A stretch of 64,000 bases of DNA from Limisphaerales bacterium (GCA_965657355.1 CBFHOE010000004.1:143584-207583), one strand, 5' to 3'. Positions 9,377 to 19,516 are shown, counted from the stretch's first letter. Notes: generated by a model from the letters alone, not told the origin. A program made the numbers and translations.

Positions 9377-9479
9377 ATTAGTCAGATGAGCGTTTGTTAT
9401 TGAATCGGATTTGCTTTGCATGAAAACCTATTAATGAGGAATATTATACAGCAGTTCGTTCTACTGCCTTTGATATTCT

Positions 9480-12041
9480 ATGAAAGCCGACATCGCTAGT
9501 CCATCAAGTTCTTTTCATAAACATTCAGCTGAAAGAGTGCCAGAGGTGCTTTCCCCGGCAGGGAATTGGGAATGTGCTAAGGCCGCAATCGAAAATGGTG
9601 CTGATGCCATTTATTTTGGGTTAGATCAATTCAATGCAAGGATGAGGGCTGACAACTTCAGCTTGGCTGAATTACCGCATCTCATGAATTTATTGCATGA
9701 GAGAGGCGTTCGCGGATACGTCACATTCAATACCTTGGTTTTCACCAATGAACTTGAGGAGGTAAAGAATTTTTTGACAAAAATTATTCAAAGCCGGGTA
9801 GATGCCGTCATTGTGCAGGACGTTGGTGTTTGTCGCCTGATAAGAAAGATTTCAAAAAATTTTCCTATTCATATATCAACCCAAATGACGGTAACAAGTG
9901 AGGCTGGAATAAGGTTTGCTAAAGAACTGGAGGCACAACTCGTCGTTATTGCACGTGAAAACTCACTAGATGATATAGAGAAGATACAGGCCAATTTAGA
10001 TAATAAAACAAGTTTACCCATCGAGACATTCGTTCATGGGGCTTTATGTGTGGCCTACTCTGGTCAGTGTTTGACGAGCGAGGCATTGGGAGGGCGGTCT
10101 GCCAATCGAGGTGAATGTGCTCAAGCCTGCAGAATGCAATACAAACTTATCGTGGACGAAAAAGAAATAGATTTGGGTGCAAAGCGATATTTGCTTAGTC
10201 CACAAGACCTTTCGGGATTAGAAGCCATACCGGATTTAGTTAAAGCCGGCGTGCACTCAATAAAGATCGAAGGGAGGCTTAAGTCTCCTGAGTATGTCGC
10301 AAACATCACTCGAGCATACCGACAGGCACTTGACAGAGCCCTTGGAAGAGATGTGGAAGAATCTGATAGCTTCGGGGATTCAAATTACGCCGTGGAAATG
10401 GCTTTTAGTCGTGGGCTTTATTCGGGATGGCTTAAAGGTATCGATAATCAAAAATTGGTTCACGCGCAATATGCAAAAAAAAGAGGGGTTTTTCTTGGAA
10501 ACATAAAATTTGTCAAAGGCCAAACCATCTGGGTGCAACTCCATTCCGGCTTGTCCGTAAAGCCTGGTGATGGTTTAGTTTTTGAAAGTAATCAAATCGA
10601 GCAGGAGACAGAGCAGGGCGGGGCAGTCTATCGGGTCATCGAGAAAAACAACCTGATTGGATTGACGTTCGCCAAAAAGGAAAGCGGTGTTTCTGTGATT
10701 GATTTTAACTACTTAAAGACAGGAGGTAAATTTTGGAAAACACTCGACCCGGCGTTAGAAAAAAAAGTAAGGGCAACGTTTGCTGGTGAAAAAATCCGAT
10801 ACAGGCGCCCTGTCGATTTTATTGTTTGTGGAGAGCCCGGACAAAAGCTTGGACTCAAAGCATTTGATCCGTTTTCGGGTCAGTTGGTTGAGGTTTTTAG
10901 CTCCATGGAACTCATCACTGCAAATGATAAGCCTCTTAATAAAGAATTACTTGAGCGTCAGCTTGGGCGACTTGGTCAAACTCCGTTTAAACTTAGGCGC
11001 TTAGACTGCCAACTTACCGGAGAATGTATGCTTCCAGTCAGCGAGCTTAATCATCTTAGGCGAAGTATAGTTTCATTACTCGTAGAAAAAAGGCAAGGGG
11101 TGAATCAGTGGGATTGGGATGAATCAATAACCATTCCAGAAAGAAACGCATCAAATAAAGATTTACTACGGAAAAAGAAAGTTGAGTGGTCTGTTTTGAT
11201 TAGAGCCGAATCCCAATTAGAGCCAGCCGTTACTAATGGGATACGCCGTATTTATTGCGACTTTGAAGACCCAAAGAAATATCGCGATGTCGTTAATCGT
11301 TTTCGAGAGATTTGTCCCGATGGTAAAATTTTCGTCTCGGCACCCCGAATCCACAAACCGGGTGAGGAATGGATATTAAAAATTGTGAAGTCATCGCAGC
11401 CTGATGGCTTTTTATTAAGAAATTACGACCATTTGGAATATTTCTCGGAATCAGAGCGGGTAGGGGATTTTTCATTAAATATATCGAACCCATTAAGCGC
11501 TTCATTTTTCATTGAAAAGCACCAATTGTCCCGCATCACGGTTTCTTATGATCTCAATTTTGATCAAGTAATGGACCTCGCTCAGACAATTGATACTAGT
11601 CATTTGGAAATTACCATACATCAAAGGATGCCGATGTTTCACATGGAGCATTGTGTTTTTTGTGCTTTCCTCTCCAGTGGAAAAGATTATCGGGATTGCG
11701 GCAGGCCATGCGAAAAACACCAAGTGGCCATGATTGATAGGGTGGGTGAAAAACATTATCTCAAAGCTGATGCCGGGTGTAGAAATACTCTTTACAACAG
11801 CCGTTTGCAGACAGGGGCAGAGAATTTTGATGAACTTATAAAATCGGGTATTTCAAATTATCGCATTGAGTTCCTTAATGAATCACCTGAACAAGTTAAT
11901 AAAATTTTGAGCGCTTATTTTCAGCTTGAAAACAGTGAGATAACAGGTGAGGAGCTTTGGCGTGTCCTCAAAATCCAATCGCGCCTTGGTGTGACTAGGG
12001 GCCAGTTCAATCATCCCGATTCAAACCCTTGGCAGAAATAA
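9480..12041 (+). CDS. Peptidase U32 family protein with DUF3656 (RlhA-like 23S rRNA ho5C hydroxylase)
   Basis: EVLSPAG, HGALCVAYSGQC, NRGECAQACR and KIEGRLK motifs. C-terminal HCVFC...CGRPC. The 853-aa length fits the RlhA-type long form. Confidence 0.85.
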   Translation: MKADIASPSSSFHKHSAERVPEVLSPAGNWECAKAAIENGADAIYFGLDQFNARMRADNFSLAELPHLMNLLHERGVRGYVTFNTLVFTNELEEVKNFLTKIIQSRVDAVIVQDVGVCRLIRKISKNFPIHISTQMTVTSEAGIRFAKELEAQLVVIARENSLDDIEKIQANLDNKTSLPIETFVHGALCVAYSGQCLTSEALGGRSANRGECAQACRMQYKLIVDEKEIDLGAKRYLLSPQDLSGLEAIPDLVKAGVHSIKIEGRLKSPEYVANITRAYRQALDRALGRDVEESDSFGDSNYAVEMAFSRGLYSGWLKGIDNQKLVHAQYAKKRGVFLGNIKFVKGQTIWVQLHSGLSVKPGDGLVFESNQIEQETEQGGAVYRVIEKNNLIGLTFAKKESGVSVIDFNYLKTGGKFWKTLDPALEKKVRATFAGEKIRYRRPVDFIVCGEPGQKLGLKAFDPFSGQLVEVFSSMELITANDKPLNKELLERQLGRLGQTPFKLRRLDCQLTGECMLPVSELNHLRRSIVSLLVEKRQGVNQWDWDESITIPERNASNKDLLRKKKVEWSVLIRAESQLEPAVTNGIRRIYCDFEDPKKYRDVVNRFREICPDGKIFVSAPRIHKPGEEWILKIVKSSQPDGFLLRNYDHLEYFSESERVGDFSLNISNPLSASFFIEKHQLSRITVSYDLNFDQVMDLAQTIDTSHLEITIHQRMPMFHMEHCVFCAFLSSGKDYRDCGRPCEKHQVAMIDRVGEKHYLKADAGCRNTLYNSRLQTGAENFDELIKSGISNYRIEFLNESPEQVNKILSAYFQLENSEITGEELWRVLKIQSRLGVTRGQFNHPDSNPWQK

Positions 12042-12132
12042 TGAATCCTCACGAATATCACTCCGAAAAATGAGATATCTCGTGAATGAATTGGCCATTG
12101 AACCTAACTGTGTTATCTCATATTCTTTTCCC

Positions 12133-13230
12133 ATGAGATCATTGCTTGGATCCCTAGTAAGCTGCGTCCTGACATTAATTTTTTGCAGTGCCTTATCAAC
12201 CATGGGACAAACGCCAAAGTCCGCCTTCAATAAAGATCCCTGGCCTGAAAATAAGGAGGGGCCAATCAAGGTTTTTATCCTAGCTGGCCAATCGAATATG
12301 CAAGGTCACGCATCCCTCAGGACTTTGGAATACCTCATCTATAATAAAGAAACAGCTCCAGACTACCAGCAGTGGAAAACGATGACCGGAGATTGGGCGA
12401 AACGCAGCGACGTATGGGTTTGGACGACTGATGGCAAAAGAGGGGGGAAACTCAAGCCAGGGTTTGGTGCTAATGAATTTAAATTAGGCCCTGAGTTAGG
12501 GGCTGGCTGGGTTCTCGGTGAACATTTCGATGAGCAAGTTGCAATCATCAAGACCTGTTGGGGGGGGAGAAGTGTTAAAAAGGATTTTCTGCCACCAAGC
12601 GAACCAATGCCATCTGAAGAACTTTTAACTAAAGACCTGGAACGCATGCAAAAGAGGAATCCGTCCGCGACTCTTCAAGATGTCAAAGCTCCATATGGTC
12701 AGGCTTATCGTGATATGATATCTCACGTAAAAGCGATGATGGAGGCCCCTCAAGATTATTATCCCGATTACAACCCCGAAAAACCCAGGAAATTTGAAAT
12801 TGTGGGTTTGATTTGGTTTCAAGGGTGGAATGATATGGTGGACGGTCAACAACGCTCGGAAGGTTATGTCAATTATACAAAACGACTTGGTTCACTCATC
12901 GAGGACGTGAGAAAAGATTTAAACGTCCCAGATCTGAAAGTTGTTATTGGCGAGTTAGGTGCCTCGAGCAGTATTGAGTTTCACAAAGCCCAGAAAAACG
13001 TCGCCTCACTTCCAAATCATAAAGGATCAACAATTTTTGTTGAAACTCGCAAATACTGGGATCCAAAACTCGAAGAGATGGTAAAAAACAATGTTTGGCA
13101 AAAAGAGAATTGGGTCGACTTTTATAACCATGGATCAGACCGCGGGTATCATTATCTCGGTAGTGCCAAAATGCATTCTCAGATGGGCAAAGATTTTGGC
13201 TTTTCCATGATCGATTTGTTAAGTGATTAA
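12133..13230 (+). CDS. Sialate O-acetylesterase (SASA)/SGNH carbohydrate esterase, exported
   Basis: VFILAGQSNMQG, WFQGWND and YHY motifs. Signal peptide begins at ATG 12133. Confidence 0.85.
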   Translation: MRSLLGSLVSCVLTLIFCSALSTMGQTPKSAFNKDPWPENKEGPIKVFILAGQSNMQGHASLRTLEYLIYNKETAPDYQQWKTMTGDWAKRSDVWVWTTDGKRGGKLKPGFGANEFKLGPELGAGWVLGEHFDEQVAIIKTCWGGRSVKKDFLPPSEPMPSEELLTKDLERMQKRNPSATLQDVKAPYGQAYRDMISHVKAMMEAPQDYYPDYNPEKPRKFEIVGLIWFQGWNDMVDGQQRSEGYVNYTKRLGSLIEDVRKDLNVPDLKVVIGELGASSSIEFHKAQKNVASLPNHKGSTIFVETRKYWDPKLEEMVKNNVWQKENWVDFYNHGSDRGYHYLGSAKMHSQMGKDFGFSMIDLLSD

Positions 13231-13318
13231 GTTTTTGGCGATTAATCAACTCGATCTACCTCTCCGGGAAAGGAGTATAACAGTGTTTTATATTATCACC
13301 TTGTGCTCTGGGAAATGT

Positions 13319-13352
13319 CATCGAATCATTAACCCGATTTAATGATTCGATG
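13319..13352. repeat. Perfect 14-bp inverted repeat (hairpin) between convergent genes
   Basis: catcgaatcattaa-cccgat-ttaatgattcgatg. Confidence 0.75.
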
Positions 13353-13556
13353 CCGAAATTAAGGCATTAGTAATGTGATGGATTGGTTTGTTTTTGCTGG
13401 GCAAGACGATAAATTCGTTTGAATCGGCGTATACAAAGGGGGACATTGAATGCTCCTTGAGTTCAAAATTTCTATCATGTGATCAAGCCACCTCTTTTGA
13501 TATTTATCGAAATTAGATTTGAGTGTCCTTAAGTCTTTCTAAAAAGAAATAAAAAA

Positions 13557-15851
13557 TTATTTGAATCTAAAAAATTTAGGTTTCCACCAACTCGGTAAAA
13601 GTCCCTGAATGGTAGATAAATTATATCTCGTATCGATAAGCAATGCTGAACCTGAGTCTGATTCAGATCTCAAAATGCGTCCAACGGCTTGTATCACTTT
13701 GATAATGCCGGGGTAGACATACGTATAATTAAAAGCCTCGGCGTTTCCGAGTTCTTCTTCGAGGTGTTCCTGAATTAAATTTCTTTCAAGGCAAACTTGT
13801 GGTGTCCCTATTCCTACGACTGCAACGGCTTTTACGGCATTATTGGGTATGTCGATTCCTTCTGCGAAAACACCACCCAAAACGGCAATACCTACTCTTC
13901 TTTCACTTTTTAAATTATTCGATAGGTATTCTATAAATTCAGTCTGGTCTTTTTGGGTTGAGTTTCGTTTCTGCTTTTTAAAATGGAAGTTTTCGCCCAT
14001 TGCTTCGATCAACATGTCTGATACTAAGTCCATATATTGATATGAGGGGAAAAAAAGTAATTGGCTTCCTTTATTTTTAGAAATAAACCTCGTCAATAGC
14101 TGAGAAAGTTTTGGTGCTGTATTTCGTCTGGCTCTCCATGTTGTTTGTATTCCATCTTCTATCCAGACCTTGAGATTTTCCTCTGGAAAGGGCGACGGGT
14201 AAGTAAGTTCTTTTGTCCCATTTCCTATCGGTAGCCATCTTTTAAAATACTCAAATGGACTCAATGTCGCTGACATTAATATAATACAATGACATTTTTT
14301 AAAGGACTGCCCTAGGTAGTTTTTTGGATCGAGACAAAAGATATTGATGGAATCAGACTTTATGATTAGCCGGTCTGATTCTTTCATACTTTTATAATTC
14401 AGGAGAAAATCACTGATGCTAAAATATAGAATCTGGATTTCTTCGCGGTGCTTATTTTTTTGCAATTGCAATAATAATCTTTCACAACAGGTCTTGCAAT
14501 TTTCCAGCGAAGTCACAAATTGACTGTCTAATTTGTCTGCTGTTATTTCTCCCCCAGGATCACACGATGGTGCCAAATTTAAAGCATCAGTGATTAACTC
14601 TTTAAGTTTGTTTGATGATCCGCCCAACCGAAGACATAAATTTTTAAGATCGAATAAATTTAAACTGCTGCCGAACATCGAACGAGCTCTTTCTGGAAGA
14701 TTGTGAGCCTCATCGACGATAAGGATAACCTTTCTTTTGTTTTCCTCCATTAAGTAGTGTTTTAGCCCGGCTTTTGGATCAAAAATATGATTGTAGTCGG
14801 CGATGATAATATTTGCCCAATCGGACATTTCATAGGAAAGTGCCGAAGGGCACAGCAAATTCTCTTTTCCGAACTCAAGGACAGTTTTTTTGTCATACTG
14901 TTTGTAATCTTTATTTAAGTCCAGGATCCCGTCTTTATTCCTATCGAAATATCCGATCGCGTATGGACATACTTGAGTGTCACACTGTTCCTCTTCAGTT
15001 ATGCACCATTCTGATGCCGCTCCCAGGGTCAGTGACTTTATTGCAGCCCCCGATTTTTGTATGTCCCTGATGGCTTTTTCAGCATTCGTTTTATTTGTGT
15101 TCCTTGCAGTAAGAAAAATAGGTAAGAAACTTCGATCTTTTGCTGCAAATTTTAATGTTGGAAACAAGGTCGCCATCGTTTTGCCTAGCCCCGTAGGAGC
15201 TTCGAGCATCACATCGTGCCCTTCATCAATCGCTTCGATAATATTTGAAACAATGGCATCCTGGCCGGTTCTCATTTCCGAGTAGGGAAAACCACAACGA
15301 GATATGGATGGGGAATATTTTTGAAACCAATTATGTTTTTGATCGAGAGCTCTTCTATATTTTTGTCGCGCTATTTCAAAAAGCTCCTCCAAATGAGCTT
15401 TAGAAAACCCCTCTCGAAAAACGGATATAGTATCGGTATCAATGTCCAAGTACGTTAGTTGGACCTCAATTTCATTGATTTTTTCTTTTTTGGCAATAAT
15501 AGCCCCATACATCTTGGCCTGTGCCCAGTGAAGAGGCTTTGCTTGGCCATCCCAGGTTGGTGTGACAGTTTTTATTTCTTCAATCAGTGTGGAGTTTCCA
15601 GTCATCCACAAGCCATCAGCCCTTCCTCTAACAGTCCATTCAAACCCAAAATCAGGTTCAGAAAATGTATGTTTTACAGGATACTCTGAAATATAGTTGG
15701 AAGGGCGAGAATCTTGTATGCGCTTATGCCCTTCTATCCCCATCATGGCTCGCCTGGGGTTGAAGAAGCTTTTGCTGGCTCCCAGATCACCAGTGCGAAA
15801 ACACCACTCCACCAGTTCTTTGACAGAAATGAAGTAATGATCCAATGGCAT
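13557..15851 (-). CDS. XPD/DinG (Rad3)-family ATP-dependent DNA helicase with N-terminal PD-(D/E)XK nuclease domain
   Basis: Helicase motifs APTGLGKT, VDEAHN, SATL and QAVGRILR. Fe-S cysteines in WCITEEEQCDTQVCPY...LCP. N-terminal GRADG...IEEIKT...QAKMY nuclease motif. Confidence 0.85.
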   Translation of the reverse strand: MPLDHYFISVKELVEWCFRTGDLGASKSFFNPRRAMMGIEGHKRIQDSRPSNYISEYPVKHTFSEPDFGFEWTVRGRADGLWMTGNSTLIEEIKTVTPTWDGQAKPLHWAQAKMYGAIIAKKEKINEIEVQLTYLDIDTDTISVFREGFSKAHLEELFEIARQKYRRALDQKHNWFQKYSPSISRCGFPYSEMRTGQDAIVSNIIEAIDEGHDVMLEAPTGLGKTMATLFPTLKFAAKDRSFLPIFLTARNTNKTNAEKAIRDIQKSGAAIKSLTLGAASEWCITEEEQCDTQVCPYAIGYFDRNKDGILDLNKDYKQYDKKTVLEFGKENLLCPSALSYEMSDWANIIIADYNHIFDPKAGLKHYLMEENKRKVILIVDEAHNLPERARSMFGSSLNLFDLKNLCLRLGGSSNKLKELITDALNLAPSCDPGGEITADKLDSQFVTSLENCKTCCERLLLQLQKNKHREEIQILYFSISDFLLNYKSMKESDRLIIKSDSINIFCLDPKNYLGQSFKKCHCIILMSATLSPFEYFKRWLPIGNGTKELTYPSPFPEENLKVWIEDGIQTTWRARRNTAPKLSQLLTRFISKNKGSQLLFFPSYQYMDLVSDMLIEAMGENFHFKKQKRNSTQKDQTEFIEYLSNNLKSERRVGIAVLGGVFAEGIDIPNNAVKAVAVVGIGTPQVCLERNLIQEHLEEELGNAEAFNYTYVYPGIIKVIQAVGRILRSESDSGSALLIDTRYNLSTIQGLLPSWWKPKFFRFK

Positions 15852-15866
15852 ATTTCTTGTCTATTT

Positions 15867-15904
15867 AAAAAATAACCTGTCTCGGCAGATGGCCGAAACA
15901 GGTT
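15867..15904 (-). terminator. Rho-independent terminator downstream of the DUF1080 gene
   Basis: Minus strand aacctgtttcggc-catct-gccgagacaggtt followed by a T tract. Confidence 0.65.
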
Positions 15905-15991
15905 GGTAAATTTATTGTATACCTTTTACTCTCAACTATTCTCTTCGAATAAAAGTGGAAATTTAGCAGTTGTTATTTGTTTCTTAACTAT

Positions 15992-16708
15992 TTAGTGGAG
16001 CGGGGAAATCATTATATTCCTGTAGGCAACCGGTCCATGGTCGCCCTGGAACATGATGGGTCCGACTGCGGCTTCTTTGCCAGTAACCCCACTTGGTGTT
16101 GGCCCCTTCATTTCTACATTTTTATGCAAAATTTTTCCGTTCAGCTGAACTTTTAGAAATTTCGCATTGGCGACTTTCTGCCCTTTGTCATTAAAACGCG
16201 GTGCTACGAATTCTATGACGTATTTTTGCCAGGTTCCGGGAGGAGTGCAGGCATTGATTTTCGGTGGGGCGGCCCCGTAAATGGCCCCCATATCACCATT
16301 TCCAAGTTTATCTTTGCCGTAGCTGTCGAGGACTTGGACTTCATATTCTCCCATGACATAAATGCCGGAGTTGGACCCTTTTGCTACCATGACTTCAAGT
16401 TCGATTTTGCATGAGCCAAACTTTTCAAGAGAATAAACATCAACCCCTTGCCCGTGGCCTGATACGTCATTGATCAGTGCCCCTTCACCCAATCCCACGT
16501 GGAGCCTCGTTGGTTCTGCTTTTGATACGACTGGAATTCCAACGTCCCATTTGCTTTTTGATTTTGGATTTTTGGTCGTCCAGCCCTTCAGGCTTTTTCC
16601 GTTGAAAGGTTTCTGTGCTTTTCCTGATTTATGATGATCGGCTGATACAGATGTCACAACCATGGCTGCCAATGCACAAGCAGCAATCCTTTTAATTAAG
16701 TTTTTCAT
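15992..16708 (-). CDS. DUF1080 (3-keto-disaccharide hydrolase-like) exported protein
   Basis: Signal peptide, then FNGKSLKGW, NSGIY, YEVQVLD and QGDHGPVAYRNI. Confidence 0.85.
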   Translation of the reverse strand: MKNLIKRIAACALAAMVVTSVSADHHKSGKAQKPFNGKSLKGWTTKNPKSKSKWDVGIPVVSKAEPTRLHVGLGEGALINDVSGHGQGVDVYSLEKFGSCKIELEVMVAKGSNSGIYVMGEYEVQVLDSYGKDKLGNGDMGAIYGAAPPKINACTPPGTWQKYVIEFVAPRFNDKGQKVANAKFLKVQLNGKILHKNVEMKGPTPSGVTGKEAAVGPIMFQGDHGPVAYRNIMISPLH

Positions 16709-16818
16709 AGTGATTCGATATATTTGACGTAGTTTATTTCAGTTTTTATTCATAGTGAAGTCTGATTTATGATTTGGATAACGGATCTATTACGTTATCG
16801 TGGCCTCGATTTTTGAAT

Positions 16819-17250
16819 ATGAATAAAAATCAGAAAATGAAAGAAATTGTGGCCTCTTTGCCCTCAGGCCATTACGAAAAGGAGTATCTAGGCTTTTTTG
16901 CCTGTTTCAACAGGGGAGATTTTTACGAGGCACATGACGTCTTAGAGCACCTCTGGCTTAAAAGAAGAAAGACGAAAGATGATCTCTTCTTCAAAGCTCT
17001 TATTCAACTCGCTGGCGCCTTTGTCCATCTACAAAAAGGAAAAATCAGCCCCGGTCGACGCTTATTTATTAAATCAAAGGCATACTTTGATAAATTCGAA
17101 CCTTCTTACAGGGGACTTTCAATTTCCAGTCTTAAAACAATGATCGATTCTTGGGTGCTAAAAATTTCAAAATCTGATTCAGATTTCTCATTAGACGCTT
17201 TTGACTGTCCATCGCTGAATCCGGCCCCTCCTCAGGACAAATCAGTTTAA
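16819..17250 (+). CDS. DUF309 domain protein
   Basis: FNRGDFYEAHDVLEHLW...LIQLAGAFVH. Start uncertain (TTG 16774 or ATG 16819). Confidence 0.8.
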   Translation: MNKNQKMKEIVASLPSGHYEKEYLGFFACFNRGDFYEAHDVLEHLWLKRRKTKDDLFFKALIQLAGAFVHLQKGKISPGRRLFIKSKAYFDKFEPSYRGLSISSLKTMIDSWVLKISKSDSDFSLDAFDCPSLNPAPPQDKSV

Positions 17251-17934
17251 TCAATAATCTTTTCTCTTATAAACCCATCCTACCCAAAATCCGCAGAAGC
17301 TACCCAACAGAAGGCCTCCCATGACATCTGATAAGTAATGGCGGTTGACCTGCATTCTGGACCATCCGACGGCTACCGATAAAATGCAGGCCGGAGCAGC
17401 AAAATGGGGAGCTAAAAAGGCTAGGGCAGAAAGGGAAGCCGTTGTGGATGTTGTGTGCCCTGACGGAAATCCCTGGTATCTCGAATTCATCCTGAAATAG
17501 GTAAACTCTCCCCCGTCTTCCATATGTGGCCTTGCTCGGCCAAATGTGGGTCTGAAAACGTTGACTAAAATTCCTCCAATAATCCCGGCTACCAATACCC
17601 CGTATCCAACGCGCCTCCATGCTCGACGGCTTTTTGTAATCCCGGCGGCTATAAATATCCCCGAAACCAAAAGTGTCGAATATTGAAATTCTCCGAATTC
17701 GCTGAGATATTGAGCGGCTTTATGGGTGTGTGATGGTGTGGGTTGCTGTATTTGTGTTAAGATGCTTTTGTCTTGCCCGCTAAATATTATTCCCAAAATA
17801 GGAAGTGAACCCAAGACGAGGCCTGTGAGCAGGACTTGAGATTTTTGGCGAAAAAACGACCGTGAGCCATTTAAAAACCAGATAAAGGCCATGCCAATTT
17901 TATTCAGCCAATGATGACCTGAGTTTTCGGACAT
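17251..17934 (-). CDS. PAP2 family membrane phosphatase
   Basis: GRARP, FPSGH and SRMQVNRHYLSDV catalytic motifs. Confidence 0.88.
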   Translation of the reverse strand: MSENSGHHWLNKIGMAFIWFLNGSRSFFRQKSQVLLTGLVLGSLPILGIIFSGQDKSILTQIQQPTPSHTHKAAQYLSEFGEFQYSTLLVSGIFIAAGITKSRRAWRRVGYGVLVAGIIGGILVNVFRPTFGRARPHMEDGGEFTYFRMNSRYQGFPSGHTTSTTASLSALAFLAPHFAAPACILSVAVGWSRMQVNRHYLSDVMGGLLLGSFCGFWVGWVYKRKDY

Positions 17935-18064
17935 GCAGAGACCATAATAAATGGGGCATTGCAGTCAATAATTCGCTGAGATGTTGTGGATAAAAAATAT
18001 GACCTTTTTCTTTGAGGATGCTATCGATCAGTTCATGATACATTTTCTTATAGAAAAATAATTA

Positions 18065-19516
18065 ATGAGCGATCAAGAGTTTGATTTTAATGGTCGGGTT
18101 AAAGGCAAAAAGCAAGAGAAGAAGGATTTTGACAATCGCCTCGACAGATTGCCCCCCCATTCTATAGAAGCGGAAATGGGTTCTCTGAGTTGTATTTTAC
18201 AAGCTCCAAACGAATCTATTCCAGATTGCATTCAAGCATTTCAGGGGCAGTCAGAGCCGTTTTATGATCTTCGGCACAAGGTTTTGTATGAAACGGTCAT
18301 AAAGATGTATGATGGTAAGAAACCCATTGACCTGATAACAGTCCAACAGGAATTGAGAAATGTGAATGTCCTGGACACTATTGGTGGACTGCCCTATCTG
18401 CAAGAAGTAATCGATTTTGTGGGTTCACCCGTCAATTTGCCCACATATGTTGGCATTGTCAGAGAAAAATATCTTTTAAGGAGAATGATCCAGACCTGTG
18501 TCAGGGCTGTTAATGATGCATATGACCATGAGGGTGAAATAGACCGGTTAATGGATGAAGTCGAGCGGGACGTGCTCAAGGTGAATCAAGAAAGAGCAGG
18601 AGAGGGAAATCTCAATATGAAGCAGCTTGTTTCTGAGGTCATTACTCAAATTGAAGATTTCCACACCAGGGACGGCAGCCTAATAGGCTTGTCTAGCGGG
18701 ATTAAAGACCTGGATAAGATGACAATGGGATTGAAAGGGGGAGAAATGTTTGTGATTGCAGCCCGGCCAAGTATGGGGAAAACGTCCTTATCCATGAATA
18801 TTGTTGAATCTATCGCCGTCGATCAAAATATACCAACTGGAGTTTTTAGTTTGGAAATGACAGCTCAAAGCCTTGTAATGAGAATGGTTTGTGCCCGAGC
18901 ACAAATCAGCAGTCGCGACATTATTAATGGTCTGATGGATAAGCCAGATTTCGCCAGGTTAACACGGGCGGCTGCCGATATGAGCAGTGCTCCACTCCAT
19001 ATTGATGATACTCCGGGGCTTTCGATTCTGCAGTTGCGAGCAAAAGCTCGACGGATGGCCCAACAACATGGCATAAAATTCATAGTCATCGATTATATGC
19101 AGTTGTTGCACTCAACGGCTTCTCGGGCCGACAACAGGCAGCAAGAAATCGCTGATATTTCAAATGGCGTCAAATCGTTAGCTAAGGAGCTCAATCTTCC
19201 GGTTATCGTATTGAGTCAGTTGAATAGGGAATTTGAAAAAGACAAGAATAGAAAACCGCGCTTGTCGGATCTGCGAGAATCAGGTTCGATTGAGCAGGAC
19301 GCTGATATCGTCGGCTTGTTGTATCGGGCCGAATCCGGAAATGAGGATGATCCAGAATCAGAATCAGATCTTAATGAGGCTGTCCCCGTGAATTTGCTGA
19401 TAGCAAAACAACGGAATGGCCCTACTGGAGACGTTTATCTTGTCTTCAGACGCAACATTACTCGGTTCGAATGCCGGGCAGCGGAGGATCTTTCAGCTGG
19501 AGTTCCTCACGCCTAA
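18065..19516 (+). CDS. dnaB: Replicative DNA helicase
   Basis: PPHSIEAE, AARPSMGKT, FSLEM, IDYMQL, LSQLNR and DLRESGSIEQDAD. Confidence 0.97.
   Translation: MSDQEFDFNGRVKGKKQEKKDFDNRLDRLPPHSIEAEMGSLSCILQAPNESIPDCIQAFQGQSEPFYDLRHKVLYETVIKMYDGKKPIDLITVQQELRNVNVLDTIGGLPYLQEVIDFVGSPVNLPTYVGIVREKYLLRRMIQTCVRAVNDAYDHEGEIDRLMDEVERDVLKVNQERAGEGNLNMKQLVSEVITQIEDFHTRDGSLIGLSSGIKDLDKMTMGLKGGEMFVIAARPSMGKTSLSMNIVESIAVDQNIPTGVFSLEMTAQSLVMRMVCARAQISSRDIINGLMDKPDFARLTRAAADMSSAPLHIDDTPGLSILQLRAKARRMAQQHGIKFIVIDYMQLLHSTASRADNRQQEIADISNGVKSLAKELNLPVIVLSQLNREFEKDKNRKPRLSDLRESGSIEQDADIVGLLYRAESGNEDDPESESDLNEAVPVNLLIAKQRNGPTGDVYLVFRRNITRFECRAAEDLSAGVPHA

Noticed and set aside
6603..9421. Calling the locus a bona fide methane/ammonia monooxygenase (pmoCAB/amoCAB)
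   Set aside because: Similarity is limited to motifs and topology. There are only two genes and no methanotrophy or nitrification genes in the window, so no gene symbols were assigned.
13557..15851. CRISPR type IV CasDinG/Cas4 locus
   Set aside because: No repeat-spacer array or other cas genes were seen in the window.
18065..19516. Intein in DnaB
   Set aside because: Normal length (483 aa) with contiguous motifs.
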